Below are positions 9,902 to 20,554 of a DNA stretch of 52,969 nt, in pieces. The number at the start of each line of letters is the position of its first letter. Positions within the stretch are counted from its first letter, which is position 1. The DNA comes from an uncultured Clostridia bacterium (lineage in GTDB: Bacteria; Bacillota; Clostridia; TANB77; CAG-508): positions 1 through 52,969 of the forward strand of contig CANQRY010000004.1 in the NCBI GenBank assembly GCA_947626335.1, in the 5' to 3' direction. The position numbers and the translations under genes are program-made. The notes below the pieces were generated by a model, which saw only the letters and a list, made by a program, of their open reading frames with translations, was not told the DNA's origin and searched no databases.

Positions 9902-10354
9902 TTATTCTTTCTTTTTAGTAAAAGTAAAAAATTTGCTAATGAAAAAGTTTAATATAATAACTATAATTGTAATAATGCATTTATTTATTAAAAATGCTAT
10001 ATTATCACTAAATAGACCATAAAAAGCATGAATAACATTAACTAGTAAAAATACCCCTACAATTTCTACTACCATAGTAAAACTTCTACCTAAAACAAAT
10101 TTGCCAAATTCAATCCATTTTTCTTTAGTAGTATTAGCATAAGAAGTAAATACCCATTTGCGATTTGTAAAATAGGCAAATAGAATTGAAAATATAATAC
10201 CAATAGTACTTGCTATGTTTTCCTCTAAGCCAACAAAAGCCTTTAATATGTACGAAACAACAATATTTACAATAGTTGTTAATACACCAAATATTAAATA
10301 AGAAATAACTTGTTTATTCAAAAAAATTTTAAATAGTCCTTTTAATTTTTCCAT
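9902..10354 (-). CDS. GtrA family membrane protein
   Basis: YLIFGVLTTIVN, FAYFTNRKWVF, LNFFISKFFTF; 4 TM. Confidence 0.9.
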   Translation of the reverse strand: MEKLKGLFKIFLNKQVISYLIFGVLTTIVNIVVSYILKAFVGLEENIASTIGIIFSILFAYFTNRKWVFTSYANTTKEKWIEFGKFVLGRSFTMVVEIVGVFLLVNVIHAFYGLFSDNIAFLINKCIITIIVIILNFFISKFFTFTKKKE

Positions 10355-10419
10355 TTTATTACCCTTTTATAATATATATTAAATAAAATAAACCATTCTT
10401 AAATTTTGAATGGTTAAAC

Positions 10420-10494
10420 TGGCAGGGGTAGAAGGATTCGAACCCTCACAGGCGGTTTTGGAGACCGATGTGCTACCATTAACACTATACCCCT
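10420..10494 (-). tRNA. tRNA-Trp (CCA)
   Basis: Cloverleaf AGGGGTA...TACCCCT-G-CCA; anticodon loop CTCCAAA; TTCGAAT T-loop. Confidence 0.97.
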
Positions 10495-10626
10495 AAATGT
10501 GTGTGCTAGATATTATATTAGCATATTTATATAAAATGTGCAAGTAATTTTTAAGTAATTCTTTACTTTTTATTTATTATTATATAAAATATAAATAGAA
10601 AAAATTCGGGAAGAGGAGAAATTTGT

Positions 10627-10893
10627 ATGAAAAAACAGAGCATATTCGTAATTTTACTTGTAATAATATTTATTTTAATGTTAAGTACAATAACATTAGC
10701 AACAGATACTACTACCTTAAATGAGAATGTTACAACAAAGCAAACAGAAGATAGCATAAGAAACAGTTTGCAAGAACTGTCTTCGACACCATCAATTCAA
10801 AATGGAAAAACAGCCGTAATAATAATTATTGTTGTAATAACAGTTGCAATTATCTTGGTTTTAATTAGTTGGTGGTATTCAACAAATTATTAA
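10627..10893 (+). CDS. Small exported/membrane protein
   Basis: Signal peptide plus C-terminal TM; GAGGAG RBS; terminator follows. Confidence 0.7.
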   Translation: MKKQSIFVILLVIIFILMLSTITLATDTTTLNENVTTKQTEDSIRNSLQELSSTPSIQNGKTAVIIIIVVITVAIILVLISWWYSTNY

Positions 10894-10908
10894 TATGTAA
10901 ATAAAAAT

Positions 10909-10941
10909 ACACTGGCATGTTTTTACTTGCCAGTGTTTTTT
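10909..10941. terminator. Intrinsic terminator
   Basis: ACACTGGCA / TGCCAGTGT stem followed by a T run. Confidence 0.8.
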
Positions 10942-10961
10942 ATAACCACAGTTATATACAA

Positions 10962-11120
10962 TTACCAATCCAACTCATTTTCAGATACAAAATTTTCATC
11001 AGAAGAATTTTTTCTTTCTACAAGTTCGTCTTTTAGTTTTGGTATTGAAGAAATATAAAGTGTTTCCATTAAGTTATTGTAATCTTCTTCTGATAAAACA
11101 ACTGCATTTTCATTTGTCAT
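10962..11120 (-). pseudogene. Truncated Phd/YefM antitoxin
   Basis: NAVVLSEEDYNNLMETLYI is the YefM core; only 52 aa, N-terminal DNA-binding part missing; no toxin downstream. Confidence 0.7.
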
Positions 11121-11169
11121 TTTTAAGCACTCCCATATATAATTTATATAATTGTAACAAATAAGGAAT

Positions 11170-11255
11170 AAATAAAAACAACACATTTTTGCTTACCCGA
11201 GCAATGTGCTGTTACAACTCTGTGGCAACCACGCTTGTAGATTCTCCATTTCTTG
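11170..11255 (-). ncRNA. Candidate small RNA / attenuator leader
   Basis: TTGACT(11289-11284)-17-TAAAAT(11266-11261) promoter; GC-richer hairpins; terminator stem AACAGCACATT/AATGTGTTGTT plus T run. Confidence 0.45.
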
Positions 11256-11373
11256 TTCTTATTTTACTGTAAAATAAATAAAAAGTCAAATGAAATTTTA
11301 AAAAAATATTCTAAAATGAATGAATTTGTGTTATACTATTTATATATAGTATAAAAAAAAGAGGTGTGTTTTT

Positions 11374-11613
11374 ATGCAACAATTAACAAATATTCAAGAA
11401 TTAGAAATGGCAATAGATAAAAACGGAGAAATGGTAGTAAGCAAAAATAGTAAAAATAATGTAATAATTATGAGTATGGAAGAATATAAGCAAAGGATCA
11501 TGAAAGAAGATATTATAAAAAAATTAAAAAAATCAGAAGAAGAAATCGAAAGTGGCAAAGGAATAGAAGCAGATGCTGCATTTAAGGAGTTGAGACAAAA
11601 ATATGGATACTAA
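11374..11613 (+). CDS. Phd/YefM-like antitoxin
   Basis: VSKN...VIIMSMEEY...LKKSEEEIESGK; overlaps the toxin start. Confidence 0.8.
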   Translation: MQQLTNIQELEMAIDKNGEMVVSKNSKNNVIIMSMEEYKQRIMKEDIIKKLKKSEEEIESGKGIEADAAFKELRQKYGY

Positions 11614-11929
11614 TGAATACAAAATAATAATTACTCCAATGGCATATAAAGAAATAAACGAAATATACGATTATATAACAGAAAATTTATATGCCGAAAA
11701 TGCATCAAAAAAGTTAATGAGAAAAGTTGAAGAAGAAATACAAAAATTAAAATATGCACCAAAAATACATGCAGAAATTGAAAAGCAAGATGAGCTAAAA
11801 AGAATCTATAGAAGAATTGTAATAGATAATTATGTAATATTATATACAATAGACACAGAAAAGAAAACAATATTTATTGCACATATGTATTATGGTGGAA
11901 GAAATTATTTAAGTGATGAGTTATTATAA
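11603..11929 (+). CDS. RelE/ParE family toxin
   Basis: YKIIITPMA..EINEIYDYI...YRRIVIDNYVILY.ID....IFI.H..Y. Confidence 0.88.
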   Translation: MDTNEYKIIITPMAYKEINEIYDYITENLYAENASKKLMRKVEEEIQKLKYAPKIHAEIEKQDELKRIYRRIVIDNYVILYTIDTEKKTIFIAHMYYGGRNYLSDELL

Positions 11930-12321
11930 TAAATTGCTACATATATTAACAATGATATATTAAAAAATGGAAATTATATTGCAGAAGATAGAGAAAATTT
12001 ATTAAATACAAATGAAGACATGAAGAGGTAATAATTACTTAAATTAAGTGAAAAATGTCAACAAAGAAAATGTTGACATTTTTCCTTTCCATTGAATTAT
12101 GAAGACTTTTAAGACATTAAAAAAACTAAAACTCTGGTCGAAAAAACTTAAAAATTTTGTGGACAAAATAGTTGACAAATATAAAAAATGACACAAAAAT
12201 TCACAAAAAATCGTATAGTGATACAAAATAAAATAAGCCTTGAAAAAGGCTTAAAATAAATATTTTCATTAAATTCGCACAAAGGTGTAAAATGTTATAA
12301 AAGAATAAGTTCACATAATAT

Positions 12322-12681
12322 TGGTGGAGATGAGGAGAGTCGAACTCCTGTCCAATACCCCTTCCACATTAGCTTCTCCGAGTGCAGTTTGTTTTTTTAG
12401 TTCCCCTTAATATAACCTAACAAACAAGCTTATATTAAAGGTAGCTATTTAAAATACCCATTATTTCGATAGCTCAAAATAACTTTGTTTCCCACTAATT
12501 TTGCGCCTTACTAAAAACCGTGGGCAGTTTAAAATAAGACGACACTGCGCTTAGGCAGCGTATGCTAATTCTCTATTATCAGCGTTTATTTTTATTTTCT
12601 CACATTATTAAAGTGGCCAAGTGAGAATCCACTACTCGCTACTAATATTTCTAGAATACTGTCGAAACCAAATACATCCCC
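12322..12681 (-). ncRNA. ssrA: tmRNA
   Basis: 5' GGGGATGTA..GGTTTCGAC; 3' GTTCGACTC..CATCTCCACCA; tag reading frame (A)ADNRELAYAA*. Confidence 0.97.
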
Positions 12682-12835
12682 ATGTAAAAAATGTATTTTT
12701 CATACAACATTTTTATTATACCGCATTTTAGGCAAAATAACAAGAACTAAACTTAAAAAAACTATTTGCAATATATTTGTAACTTTGGTAAAATATTACA
12801 AAGAACAAATATTTTTAAATAAAAGGAAATAAAAA

Positions 12836-14908
12836 ATGATAGATTTAAAACAGAGTGTGCAGTATGTAAAAACTGTAGGCCCTACAAAAGTTAAATATTT
12901 AAATAACCTAAATATATACACTTTACAAGATTTATTAACATATTTTCCTAGAGAATATGAAGACAGAAGCAAAACAAAGCATATTTCTGAACTTCAAGAG
13001 GGAGAAGAAGTAACCATTGTAGCAAGAGTAGTTTCAGAAGTAAGCATTGCTAGAATAAGAAAGAATATGACTATTTTAAAAACAGTTGTAGAAGATGATA
13101 CAGGAAGATGCACTATTGCATGGTTTAACCAAACATATATTAAACAGCGAATAAATAGAGGTCAAACGTATAAATTTTTTGGAAAAATAACTAAAAAGCT
13201 AAATCATATAGAAATGATTAGTCCTGTATTTGATGAAGTAGGAAAAATAAAAAATACTGGTAAAATTATGCCAATATATCATTCTACATATAGTTTATCG
13301 CAAACTTCTATTAGACAAGCCGTAGAAAATGCTTTAAACATGATAAAAGGCGAAAATATAGAAACATTGCCAGATTATTTACTTTCAGAATATAACTTAT
13401 GCGAACTAGAAAAAAGTTTAAATCAAATACATTTTCCTGAAAGTGAAACTTCTAGACTACTTGCTAGAAAAAGATTAGTATTTGAAGAACTTCTTACTAT
13501 GCAACTTGCACTTTTAGAAATAAAAGGCGAAAGCGAAAAAAATGTTGGTATTACTTTTGACAAAAATGTAAAAATGTCGGACGTAATAAATAGTTTGCCA
13601 TTTTCATTAACAAAAGCACAGCTAAAAGTATTAGAAGAAATAGATAATGATATGGAATCAAATAAGCCAATGAACCGCTTACTTCAAGGAGATGTTGGCT
13701 CAGGTAAAACTGTAGTATCAATAATTTCAGCATATAAAGCTGTAAAGTCAGGTTATCAAGTAGCTATAATGGCACCAACTGCAATTTTAGCTATGCAACA
13801 TTTTGAAGAATTTAAAAAGATATTAGAACCATTTGGAATAAAAATAGAGCTATTACTAGGTGCAACAACTGCTAAAAAGAGAAAAGAAATTTTAGAGAAC
13901 TTAGCAAATGGAACAATAAATATACTAATCGGAACACATGCACTTCTTACAGAAAATGTAGTATTTAATAAACTAGGTTTAGTAGTAACAGATGAGCAGC
14001 ACCGATTTGGTGTAAGACAGAGAGAAAAAATTATTAGCAAAGGAAACTTTCCAGACGTACTAGTTATGACAGCAACTCCAATACCAAGAACTCTTGCTTT
14101 AATACTATATGGAGATTTGGATATTTCAATAATTGATGAACTTCCAGCAAACAGAAAAAAAATAGAAACTTATGCAGTAACAAAAAGAATGGAACAACGA
14201 GTAAATGCATTTATAAAGAAAAATATTGATGAAGGAAGGCAAGTTTATGTAGTGTGTCCATTAGTAGAAGAAAAAGAAATAGAAGATGAAGAAGAAAACT
14301 CAAAACAAGATTTAAAAGCAGTAAAAGAATGGACAGAAATTTATAAAAATCAAATATTTCCTGAATATAAAGTTGAATGTGTTTATGGAAAAATGAAGCA
14401 AAAAGAAAAAGATGAAGTAATGCAAAAGTTTAAAGAAGGAAAAATAGATATTTTAATTTCTACTACAGTTATAGAAGTTGGTATAAATGTTCCAAATGCT
14501 AGCGTAATGGTTATAGAAAATGCCGATAGATTTGGCTTAGCACAGCTTCACCAACTTCGTGGTAGAGTAGGTAGAGGAGAGTATCAATCATATTGTATTT
14601 TAAAATATAATAGTCAGTGTAGCAGTGTAGGAAGAGAAAGAATGAAAACTATGCAAGAAACATCAGATGGCTTTGTAATAGCAGAAAAAGACTTAGAACT
14701 TCGTGGAACAGGAGAATTTTTTGGAACTAAACAGCATGGTCTTCCGGAATTTAAAATAGCTAATTTATTTGTAGATATGCCAATGTTAAAATCAGTTCAA
14801 AGTGTAGCTTTAAAAATAGAAGCAGAAGATAAAGGCCTAAAGCAAGAAAAAAATAAAAGGCTTCGCAAAATAGTAGACGATAAATTAAAACAAAGTATTT
14901 CGCTTTAA
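12836..14908 (+). CDS. recG: ATP-dependent DNA helicase RecG
   Basis: QGDVGSGKT, DEQHRFGV, MTATPIPRTL, QLHQLRGRVGRG, DLELRG. Confidence 0.98.
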   Translation: MIDLKQSVQYVKTVGPTKVKYLNNLNIYTLQDLLTYFPREYEDRSKTKHISELQEGEEVTIVARVVSEVSIARIRKNMTILKTVVEDDTGRCTIAWFNQTYIKQRINRGQTYKFFGKITKKLNHIEMISPVFDEVGKIKNTGKIMPIYHSTYSLSQTSIRQAVENALNMIKGENIETLPDYLLSEYNLCELEKSLNQIHFPESETSRLLARKRLVFEELLTMQLALLEIKGESEKNVGITFDKNVKMSDVINSLPFSLTKAQLKVLEEIDNDMESNKPMNRLLQGDVGSGKTVVSIISAYKAVKSGYQVAIMAPTAILAMQHFEEFKKILEPFGIKIELLLGATTAKKRKEILENLANGTINILIGTHALLTENVVFNKLGLVVTDEQHRFGVRQREKIISKGNFPDVLVMTATPIPRTLALILYGDLDISIIDELPANRKKIETYAVTKRMEQRVNAFIKKNIDEGRQVYVVCPLVEEKEIEDEEENSKQDLKAVKEWTEIYKNQIFPEYKVECVYGKMKQKEKDEVMQKFKEGKIDILISTTVIEVGINVPNASVMVIENADRFGLAQLHQLRGRVGRGEYQSYCILKYNSQCSSVGRERMKTMQETSDGFVIAEKDLELRGTGEFFGTKQHGLPEFKIANLFVDMPMLKSVQSVALKIEAEDKGLKQEKNKRLRKIVDDKLKQSISL

Positions 14909-15018
14909 ATATTATTAAAAAAACTCCATAATATTAGCTATATTGCAGAAAATTACTTGACATTTACATAAAAAAGCAATATTATATATATGAAATTATA
15001 AGGAGAGGAGAAAGCCTA

Positions 15019-15888
15019 ATGTATACTCAAATGCTAAGTTCAAAAAAAGGTGGAGAACTTATTAGTTTTAAAATAAATGGCGAAGAGAAAATACACCAAG
15101 GAGAAAATAGCGTAGACGAAAACGGAAAAGTATATTGGAAAGGTCATTCTCCAGTATTATTTCCTATAGTTGGTAAGTTAAAGAAAAACAGAACTTTAAT
15201 TGGTGGAAGAACTTATGAACTAATGCAACATGGTTTTGCAAGAGACTTAGAATTTGAGCCAATTACAAACCTAAGCAATTTTCATTCTTATGTATTAAAA
15301 AGTAATAAATACACATTAACAAGATATCCTTATGAATTTGAGCTATATAATACATATCGTACTGAGGAAAACAGGCTAACAACAATATATAAAGTAGTAA
15401 ATACAGGTTTAATAAATTTACCATTTGGAATAGGTGGACATCCAGCATATAAAATAGATCAAAGCGAACTTGCAAAAGGACATTACTATTTAGAATTTGA
15501 GCAAGAAGAAAACAAATTGCATTTTCTTTATTTGGTAGATGGACTTATTGGCACAGAGTATGCTAAAGATAGGCTTATAAACAAAAAATATATTCAGTTA
15601 GATTCTCATACATTTGATGATGATGCTTTAATAATGAAGGGAATAACATCTAACAAAATTAGTTTAAAAAATTATGCTACAAATAAAACAATTCTTACAA
15701 TGGACTTTACTGGTTTTCCATATTTATCAATATGGTCTAAACCAAATGCACCATTTATTTGCATAGAGCCATGGTATTCCACAGCAGATAACATAAAATC
15801 TACAGGAGTATTTACACAAAAACAAGATATTATTTCATTAAAACCTAATGATTCTTTTGAATGTAAATATACAGTAGAATTTTTCTAA
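15019..15888 (+). CDS. Aldose 1-epimerase family protein (LacX-like)
   Basis: SPVLFPIVG, QHGFARD, GGHPA, FICIEPW. Confidence 0.9.
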   Translation: MYTQMLSSKKGGELISFKINGEEKIHQGENSVDENGKVYWKGHSPVLFPIVGKLKKNRTLIGGRTYELMQHGFARDLEFEPITNLSNFHSYVLKSNKYTLTRYPYEFELYNTYRTEENRLTTIYKVVNTGLINLPFGIGGHPAYKIDQSELAKGHYYLEFEQEENKLHFLYLVDGLIGTEYAKDRLINKKYIQLDSHTFDDDALIMKGITSNKISLKNYATNKTILTMDFTGFPYLSIWSKPNAPFICIEPWYSTADNIKSTGVFTQKQDIISLKPNDSFECKYTVEFF

Positions 15889-15914
15889 AAATTAAGTAAG
15901 AAAGAGGAAAATAA

Positions 15915-16106
15915 ATGTTACAAATAATACTCATAATTGTTGGACTACTAGTAGCACTATTTGGAACCATTTGCATTTTTGATGCAAGGGTAATTACAAA
16001 AAAATTATTTAGCTTTGGTGACCAAAACGAAGCAACCATGGGCTTAAAAATAATAGGATTCATACTTTTTATAATAGGATTTTTAGTTATATTTTTTAAT
16101 ATTTAA
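15915..16106 (+). CDS. Small two-TM membrane protein
   Basis: 63 aa, two hydrophobic helices, AGAGGA RBS. Confidence 0.65.
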   Translation: MLQIILIIVGLLVALFGTICIFDARVITKKLFSFGDQNEATMGLKIIGFILFIIGFLVIFFNI

Positions 16107-16160
16107 ATAAAAAATATTGATATTTTACAAAAATAGTGTTAAAATAACTAACATATTAAT

Positions 16161-16401
16161 AAAGGCTAAGAAAAAGAGGAGTAAGTTTAAACTAGCTATA
16201 AAGAAATCAGAAGTCACCGGCTGAGAGCTTCTGTTAGAATAGTAAACTGAAGGTAGCTTTGGAGCTAATATATTGAAAAATTAGTAAATATATTCGTGTA
16301 ACTTGCGTTAAAAGTATTTAAGATGTTAAATTTTATAATTTAACAAATTAAGGTGGTACCGCGTTATAACCTCGCCCTTAAAACATAGGGCGAGGTTTTT
16401 T
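16161..16401 (+). promoter_or_regulatory. T-box riboswitch (Val)
   Basis: AGTA box, GCTGAGA motif, GAAG-GTA specifier, T-box AAGGTGGTACCGCG, terminator CCTCGCCCT/AGGGCGAGG-T run; upstream of valS. Confidence 0.93.
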
Positions 16402-16469
16402 GAGTAAAATAAAGCCTTTTAAAGCATAGCAATTTAGGCTTTCTAAATAAAATTAAGGAGGAAAATAAA

Positions 16470-19157
16470 ATGTGTAAAGAGCACGAGTTAGAAGGAAAAT
16501 ACGACCCAAAGTCTTTTGAAGAGGAAATTTATAAAAATTGGGAGGAAAATGGTTACTTTAAGCCATCAAATGATAAAACAAAAAAACCATATACAATAGT
16601 AATTCCACCACCAAATATTACAGGTAAACTTCACATGGGCCATGCACTAGATAATACTCTTCAAGATATTTTAATTAGATATAAAAGAATGAATGGATTT
16701 AATACTCTATGGGTTCCAGGAACAGACCATGCATCTATTGCAACAGAAGCAAAAATAGTTGAAAAGCTTAAAAGTGAAGGAAAAACAAAAGAAGATTTAG
16801 GCAGAGAAGAATTCCTAAAAAGAGCATGGGACTGGAAAAAAGAATATGGTGGAACAATTTTAAACCAATTAAAAAAACTAGGTTGCTCTTGCGACTGGTC
16901 AAGAGAAAGATTTACAATGGACGAAGGTTTATCTAATGCAGTAAAGCACGTTTTTGTTAAATTATATAACAAAGGACTTATTTATCGCGGAAAAAGAATG
17001 ATTAACTGGTGCCCATATTGTAATACTTCTATTTCTGATGCAGAAGTAGAATATGAAGAAGAGCCAACACATTTATGGTATATTAAATATCCTGTAAAAG
17101 GAGAAAAGGAAAGATTTTTAATAGTAGCTACTACAAGACCAGAAACAATGCTTGGAGATACAGGCGTTGCAGTGCATCCGGAAGATGAAAGATACAAAGA
17201 TTTAGTAGGAAAAACTGTAATTCTTCCAATTATGAATAAAGAAATTCCTGTTATAGCAGATGAATTTGTTGAAAAAGAATTTGGTACAGGTGCAGTAAAA
17301 CTAACTCCTGCACATGATGTAAACGACTACCAAGCAGCATTAAAACATGGGCTAGAAATTATACAAGTATTTGATGAAAACTTTAAAATGGGAAGTTTGC
17401 ATCCAGAGTATGAAGGAATGGATTTATATGAGGCAAGAGAAAAAATAGTAGAAAAATTAAAAGAAGAAGGCTACTTAGTAAAAATAGAAGATTATACACA
17501 TAATGTAGGAAAATGCTATCGTTGCCACCATACAATTGAACCAAAAATATCAGAGCAATGGTTTGTAAAAATGGAGCCATTAGCAAAGCCTGCAATAGAA
17601 GTTGTAAAACAAGGAAAAGTAAAATTTATACCAGAAAGATTTGACAAAATCTATTATAACTGGATGGAAAATATTCAAGATTGGTGTATTTCAAGACAGC
17701 TTTGGTGGGGGCATAGAATTCCTGCATACTATTGTGAAGACTGCAAAGAAATTATAGTATCAGAAAATAAGCCAGAAAAATGCCCTAAATGTGGAAGTAC
17801 TAATTTAAAACAAGATGAAGATACATTAGATACGTGGTTTAGTTCGGCATTATGGCCATTTTCAACACTTGGCTGGCCTGAAGCTACAGAAGACTTTAAA
17901 TATTTTTACCCAACAAGTACTTTAGTTACTGGTTATGATATTATATTTTTCTGGGTTGCAAGAATGATATTTTCTGCAGTAGAACATACAGGAGAAGTAC
18001 CTTTTGAAAATGTATTTATACATGGTATTGTACGTGACAGCCAAGGAAGAAAAATGTCTAAGAGTTTAGGCAATGGAATTGACCCATTAGAGGTAATAGA
18101 TAAATACGGAACAGATGCATTAAGATTTTCATTAGTACTTGGAATTTCACCAGGAAACGATATTCGCTATATGCCAGAAAAGTTAGAGTCTGCATCTAAT
18201 TTTGCAAATAAAATTTGGAATGCGGCAAAATTTATTACAAATTCATTAGCAGACGAAAAAAAGGTAAGAGAATTTTGCTATGATGTATATGAAAAAAATC
18301 ATGCATATAATCCAGAATTATTAAGAGTAGAAGACAAATGGATTTTGAATAAATTTGATAAATTGGTAGTAGAGGTAACACAAAATTTAGAAAACTTTGA
18401 ATTAGGAATTGCTTTAGATAAAATATACAATTTTATATGGAATGAATTTTGTGATTGGTATATTGAAATTGTAAAACCAAGAATATATAGTGAAGACGAG
18501 CAAACAAAGGTAGCTGTAAGTGATATTTTAAATCATGTGTTTAGCTCTTCTTTAAAACTATTACATCCATTTATGCCATTTATTACAGCAAAAATCTACT
18601 CAAAACTAATTCGTTTTGGTGCAGAAGAAATTATGATATCAAAATGGCCAGACATTAGAAAAGAATTTATTTTTGATAAAGAAGAACAATTTATTGAAGA
18701 CATTAAACAAATTATTGTTGGAATTAGAAATATAAGGGCAAAGCTAAATGTTCATCCTTCAAAAAAATCAAAGCTAATTGTTGTTGTAAAAGACGTAGAT
18801 TCAATGAAAAAAGAAATAGAAGAAGCTAAGCCAATTCTGCAAAAGCTAGGATTTGCAGAAGAAATTATTATTCAAGATAATAAAACAGGAATTCCACAAA
18901 ATGCAATGTCTGTACTTGGAAATGGAATAGAGGTATATTTGCCATTTGAAGAATTAGTAGACATTGAAGAAGAAAGAAAAAGACTACAAGGAGAAAAAGA
19001 AAAATTAATTTCAGAAGTTGAAAGAGCTGAAAAAATGCTTTCTAACCCAGGCTTTGTAAATAAGGCACCAGAAGCAAAAATAAATGAAGAAAAAGAAAAA
19101 CTTGCTAAATACAAAGACATGCTTGAAAAAGTAGAAGAAAGATTAAAAAGCATTTAA
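16470..19157 (+). CDS. valS: Valine--tRNA ligase
   Basis: [31 protein letters not shown]-terminal coiled coil. Confidence 0.98.
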   Translation: MCKEHELEGKYDPKSFEEEIYKNWEENGYFKPSNDKTKKPYTIVIPPPNITGKLHMGHALDNTLQDILIRYKRMNGFNTLWVPGTDHASIATEAKIVEKLKSEGKTKEDLGREEFLKRAWDWKKEYGGTILNQLKKLGCSCDWSRERFTMDEGLSNAVKHVFVKLYNKGLIYRGKRMINWCPYCNTSISDAEVEYEEEPTHLWYIKYPVKGEKERFLIVATTRPETMLGDTGVAVHPEDERYKDLVGKTVILPIMNKEIPVIADEFVEKEFGTGAVKLTPAHDVNDYQAALKHGLEIIQVFDENFKMGSLHPEYEGMDLYEAREKIVEKLKEEGYLVKIEDYTHNVGKCYRCHHTIEPKISEQWFVKMEPLAKPAIEVVKQGKVKFIPERFDKIYYNWMENIQDWCISRQLWWGHRIPAYYCEDCKEIIVSENKPEKCPKCGSTNLKQDEDTLDTWFSSALWPFSTLGWPEATEDFKYFYPTSTLVTGYDIIFFWVARMIFSAVEHTGEVPFENVFIHGIVRDSQGRKMSKSLGNGIDPLEVIDKYGTDALRFSLVLGISPGNDIRYMPEKLESASNFANKIWNAAKFITNSLADEKKVREFCYDVYEKNHAYNPELLRVEDKWILNKFDKLVVEVTQNLENFELGIALDKIYNFIWNEFCDWYIEIVKPRIYSEDEQTKVAVSDILNHVFSSSLKLLHPFMPFITAKIYSKLIRFGAEEIMISKWPDIRKEFIFDKEEQFIEDIKQIIVGIRNIRAKLNVHPSKKSKLIVVVKDVDSMKKEIEEAKPILQKLGFAEEIIIQDNKTGIPQNAMSVLGNGIEVYLPFEELVDIEEERKRLQGEKEKLISEVERAEKMLSNPGFVNKAPEAKINEEKEKLAKYKDMLEKVEERLKSI

Positions 19158-19259
19158 AAAATGTGCTTTTATATGAAAAAATTGAGAGTTCCTATTTCTA
19201 AACTCTACTTTTTGGTGTATAGTTCATTATAAGAAACCATATTTACTTTAAAGTTAATA

Positions 19260-19290
19260 AAAACCCCTGCTTTAGAATAGCAGGGGTTTT
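19260..19290. terminator. Bidirectional intrinsic terminator
   Basis: AAAACCCCTGCT / AGCAGGGGTTTT. Confidence 0.85.
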
Positions 19291-19296
19291 GAGCTC

Positions 19297-19590
19297 TTAG
19301 CGGGGAGAGATGACGTAAATCAAATTGTAGTTTTGTACCACCCAATTGGCAGCATCAAGCTCATCAGCGATCTCTTGAGCCAAATCCTTGCCATCAAGGT
19401 GTTCAGACTTTGAGATCCTCACGGTGAGATCGTCCATAGAGCCATTTTTGATGGCTTTTTCAGATGCCTCCTTGATCTTCTGCACAAGAAGTTCTCTCTG
19501 GCTTTTCAGCATCTCCATCCGTTCATTGACCTCGGTTACCTTCCTCTTGAGCTCAATCGCGTCGGGGATAATGAGATTTTCCCTACTCAT
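19297..19590 (-). CDS. GC-richer orphan protein (97 aa)
   Basis: GGAGG RBS; TTGCAG-17-TATAAT promoter; terminator downstream; 27/60 GC counted at 19321-19380. Confidence 0.65.
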   Translation of the reverse strand: MSRENLIIPDAIELKRKVTEVNERMEMLKSQRELLVQKIKEASEKAIKNGSMDDLTVRISKSEHLDGKDLAQEIADELDAANWVVQNYNLIYVISPR

Positions 19591-19858
19591 GGAAAATACT
19601 CCTCCTTCACACAAATTTTCACCAATAAAGGTGTTCAATTCTTATTATACCACTTTTTTTAGGAATCTGCAACTTTATGTAAAATCATACTTGACATTAG
19701 AATTTATTAATGTTAATATACCATTAAGGGCACAAAGTAATATTTTTGTGTCCTTTTTTTCTGTCATTTTTATTTCTATATTTATCCCAAAAATAAAAAT
19801 TTACAAAAGGAGGTGTTTTTTTATAAAAAAAATGATATAATAAGAAAGGAGTAAGGAA

Positions 19859-20116
19859 ATGCCAACAATTAGTATGTTTTATGGAATTTTGATAAAAATG
19901 TACTATGTTGAACACCAACCACCACATTTTCATGCTTATTATAATGAAAATAAAGCATTGTTCGACTTTAATGGAAAGTTATTGGAAGGTAATATGCCTG
20001 TAAAACAGCTGAAATTAATTCAAGCATGGTCTGTAATACATAAAGAAGAACTAATAGCTAATTGGTGTTTATCAAAAGAAAATGAAACCTTATTTCATAT
20101 AAAACCTTTAGAATAG
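19859..20116 (+). CDS. DUF4160 family protein
   Basis: MPTISMFYGILI.MY..EH.PPHFHA.Y...W...H.EEL..NW......I.PL. Confidence 0.9.
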   Translation: MPTISMFYGILIKMYYVEHQPPHFHAYYNENKALFDFNGKLLEGNMPVKQLKLIQAWSVIHKEELIANWCLSKENETLFHIKPLE

Positions 20117-20126
20117 GAGAATTGAA

Positions 20127-20363
20127 ATGAGAGAAGTAACTAATGTAGAGCCTTTAGAAAATTATCAATTATTATTAACTTTTGATAACAAAGAAAAGAA
20201 AATAAAAGATATGAAACCATATTTAGATAAAGGCGTATTTAAAAAATTAAAAGATAAAGAAGTATTTAAAAAAGTGAAAATTTCGTATGGTACAATCTGT
20301 TGGGATGATGATATCGACATGTGTCCAGATACATTATATGAAACAAGTAGCAAAGTAAAATAA
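20127..20363 (+). CDS. DUF2442 family protein
   Basis: V..VEPLENYQLLLTFDN...D.......F..L.D...F..V....GTI.W...DMCPDTLY; usual partner of DUF4160. Confidence 0.88.
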   Translation: MREVTNVEPLENYQLLLTFDNKEKKIKDMKPYLDKGVFKKLKDKEVFKKVKISYGTICWDDDIDMCPDTLYETSSKVK

Positions 20364-20389
20364 TATAATTACACATAAGAGAACAAAAG

Positions 20390-20417
20390 GGAACCCGTCT
20401 ATTTGACGGGTTTTTTT
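20390..20417 (+). terminator. Intrinsic terminator
   Basis: AACCCGTC / GACGGGTT plus T run. Confidence 0.8.
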
Positions 20418-20448
20418 GTGCCAATTTACATTTTCAGTAGTCGTAAAA

Positions 20449-20474
20449 TGTCGAAAACTTCCTATAATTCGACA
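20449..20474. promoter_or_regulatory. Two Spo0A boxes upstream of spoIIAA
   Basis: TGTCGAA 20449-20455 and inverted TTCGACA 20468-20474. Confidence 0.75.
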
Positions 20475-20554
20475 AAACTTCCCAAGTTTTACTCTAGATA
20501 TTAACTGGAAAAAAATGTATAATTGGACAAGCAAACAAATAGGAGGTAATTAGT

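Noticed and set aside
11940-12031. Short open frame after the toxin
   Set aside because: No start or RBS and too short to assign.
12040-12300. AT-rich tract with a TGTCAACA/TGTTGACA palindrome and a near DnaA box (TGTGGACAA)
   Set aside because: Too few and too degenerate for an origin; no att duplicate of the ssrA end was seen.
19388-19840. 150-aa plus-strand ORF and the many antisense ORFs in the track
   Set aside because: Shadow frames of real genes; no RBS or family motifs.
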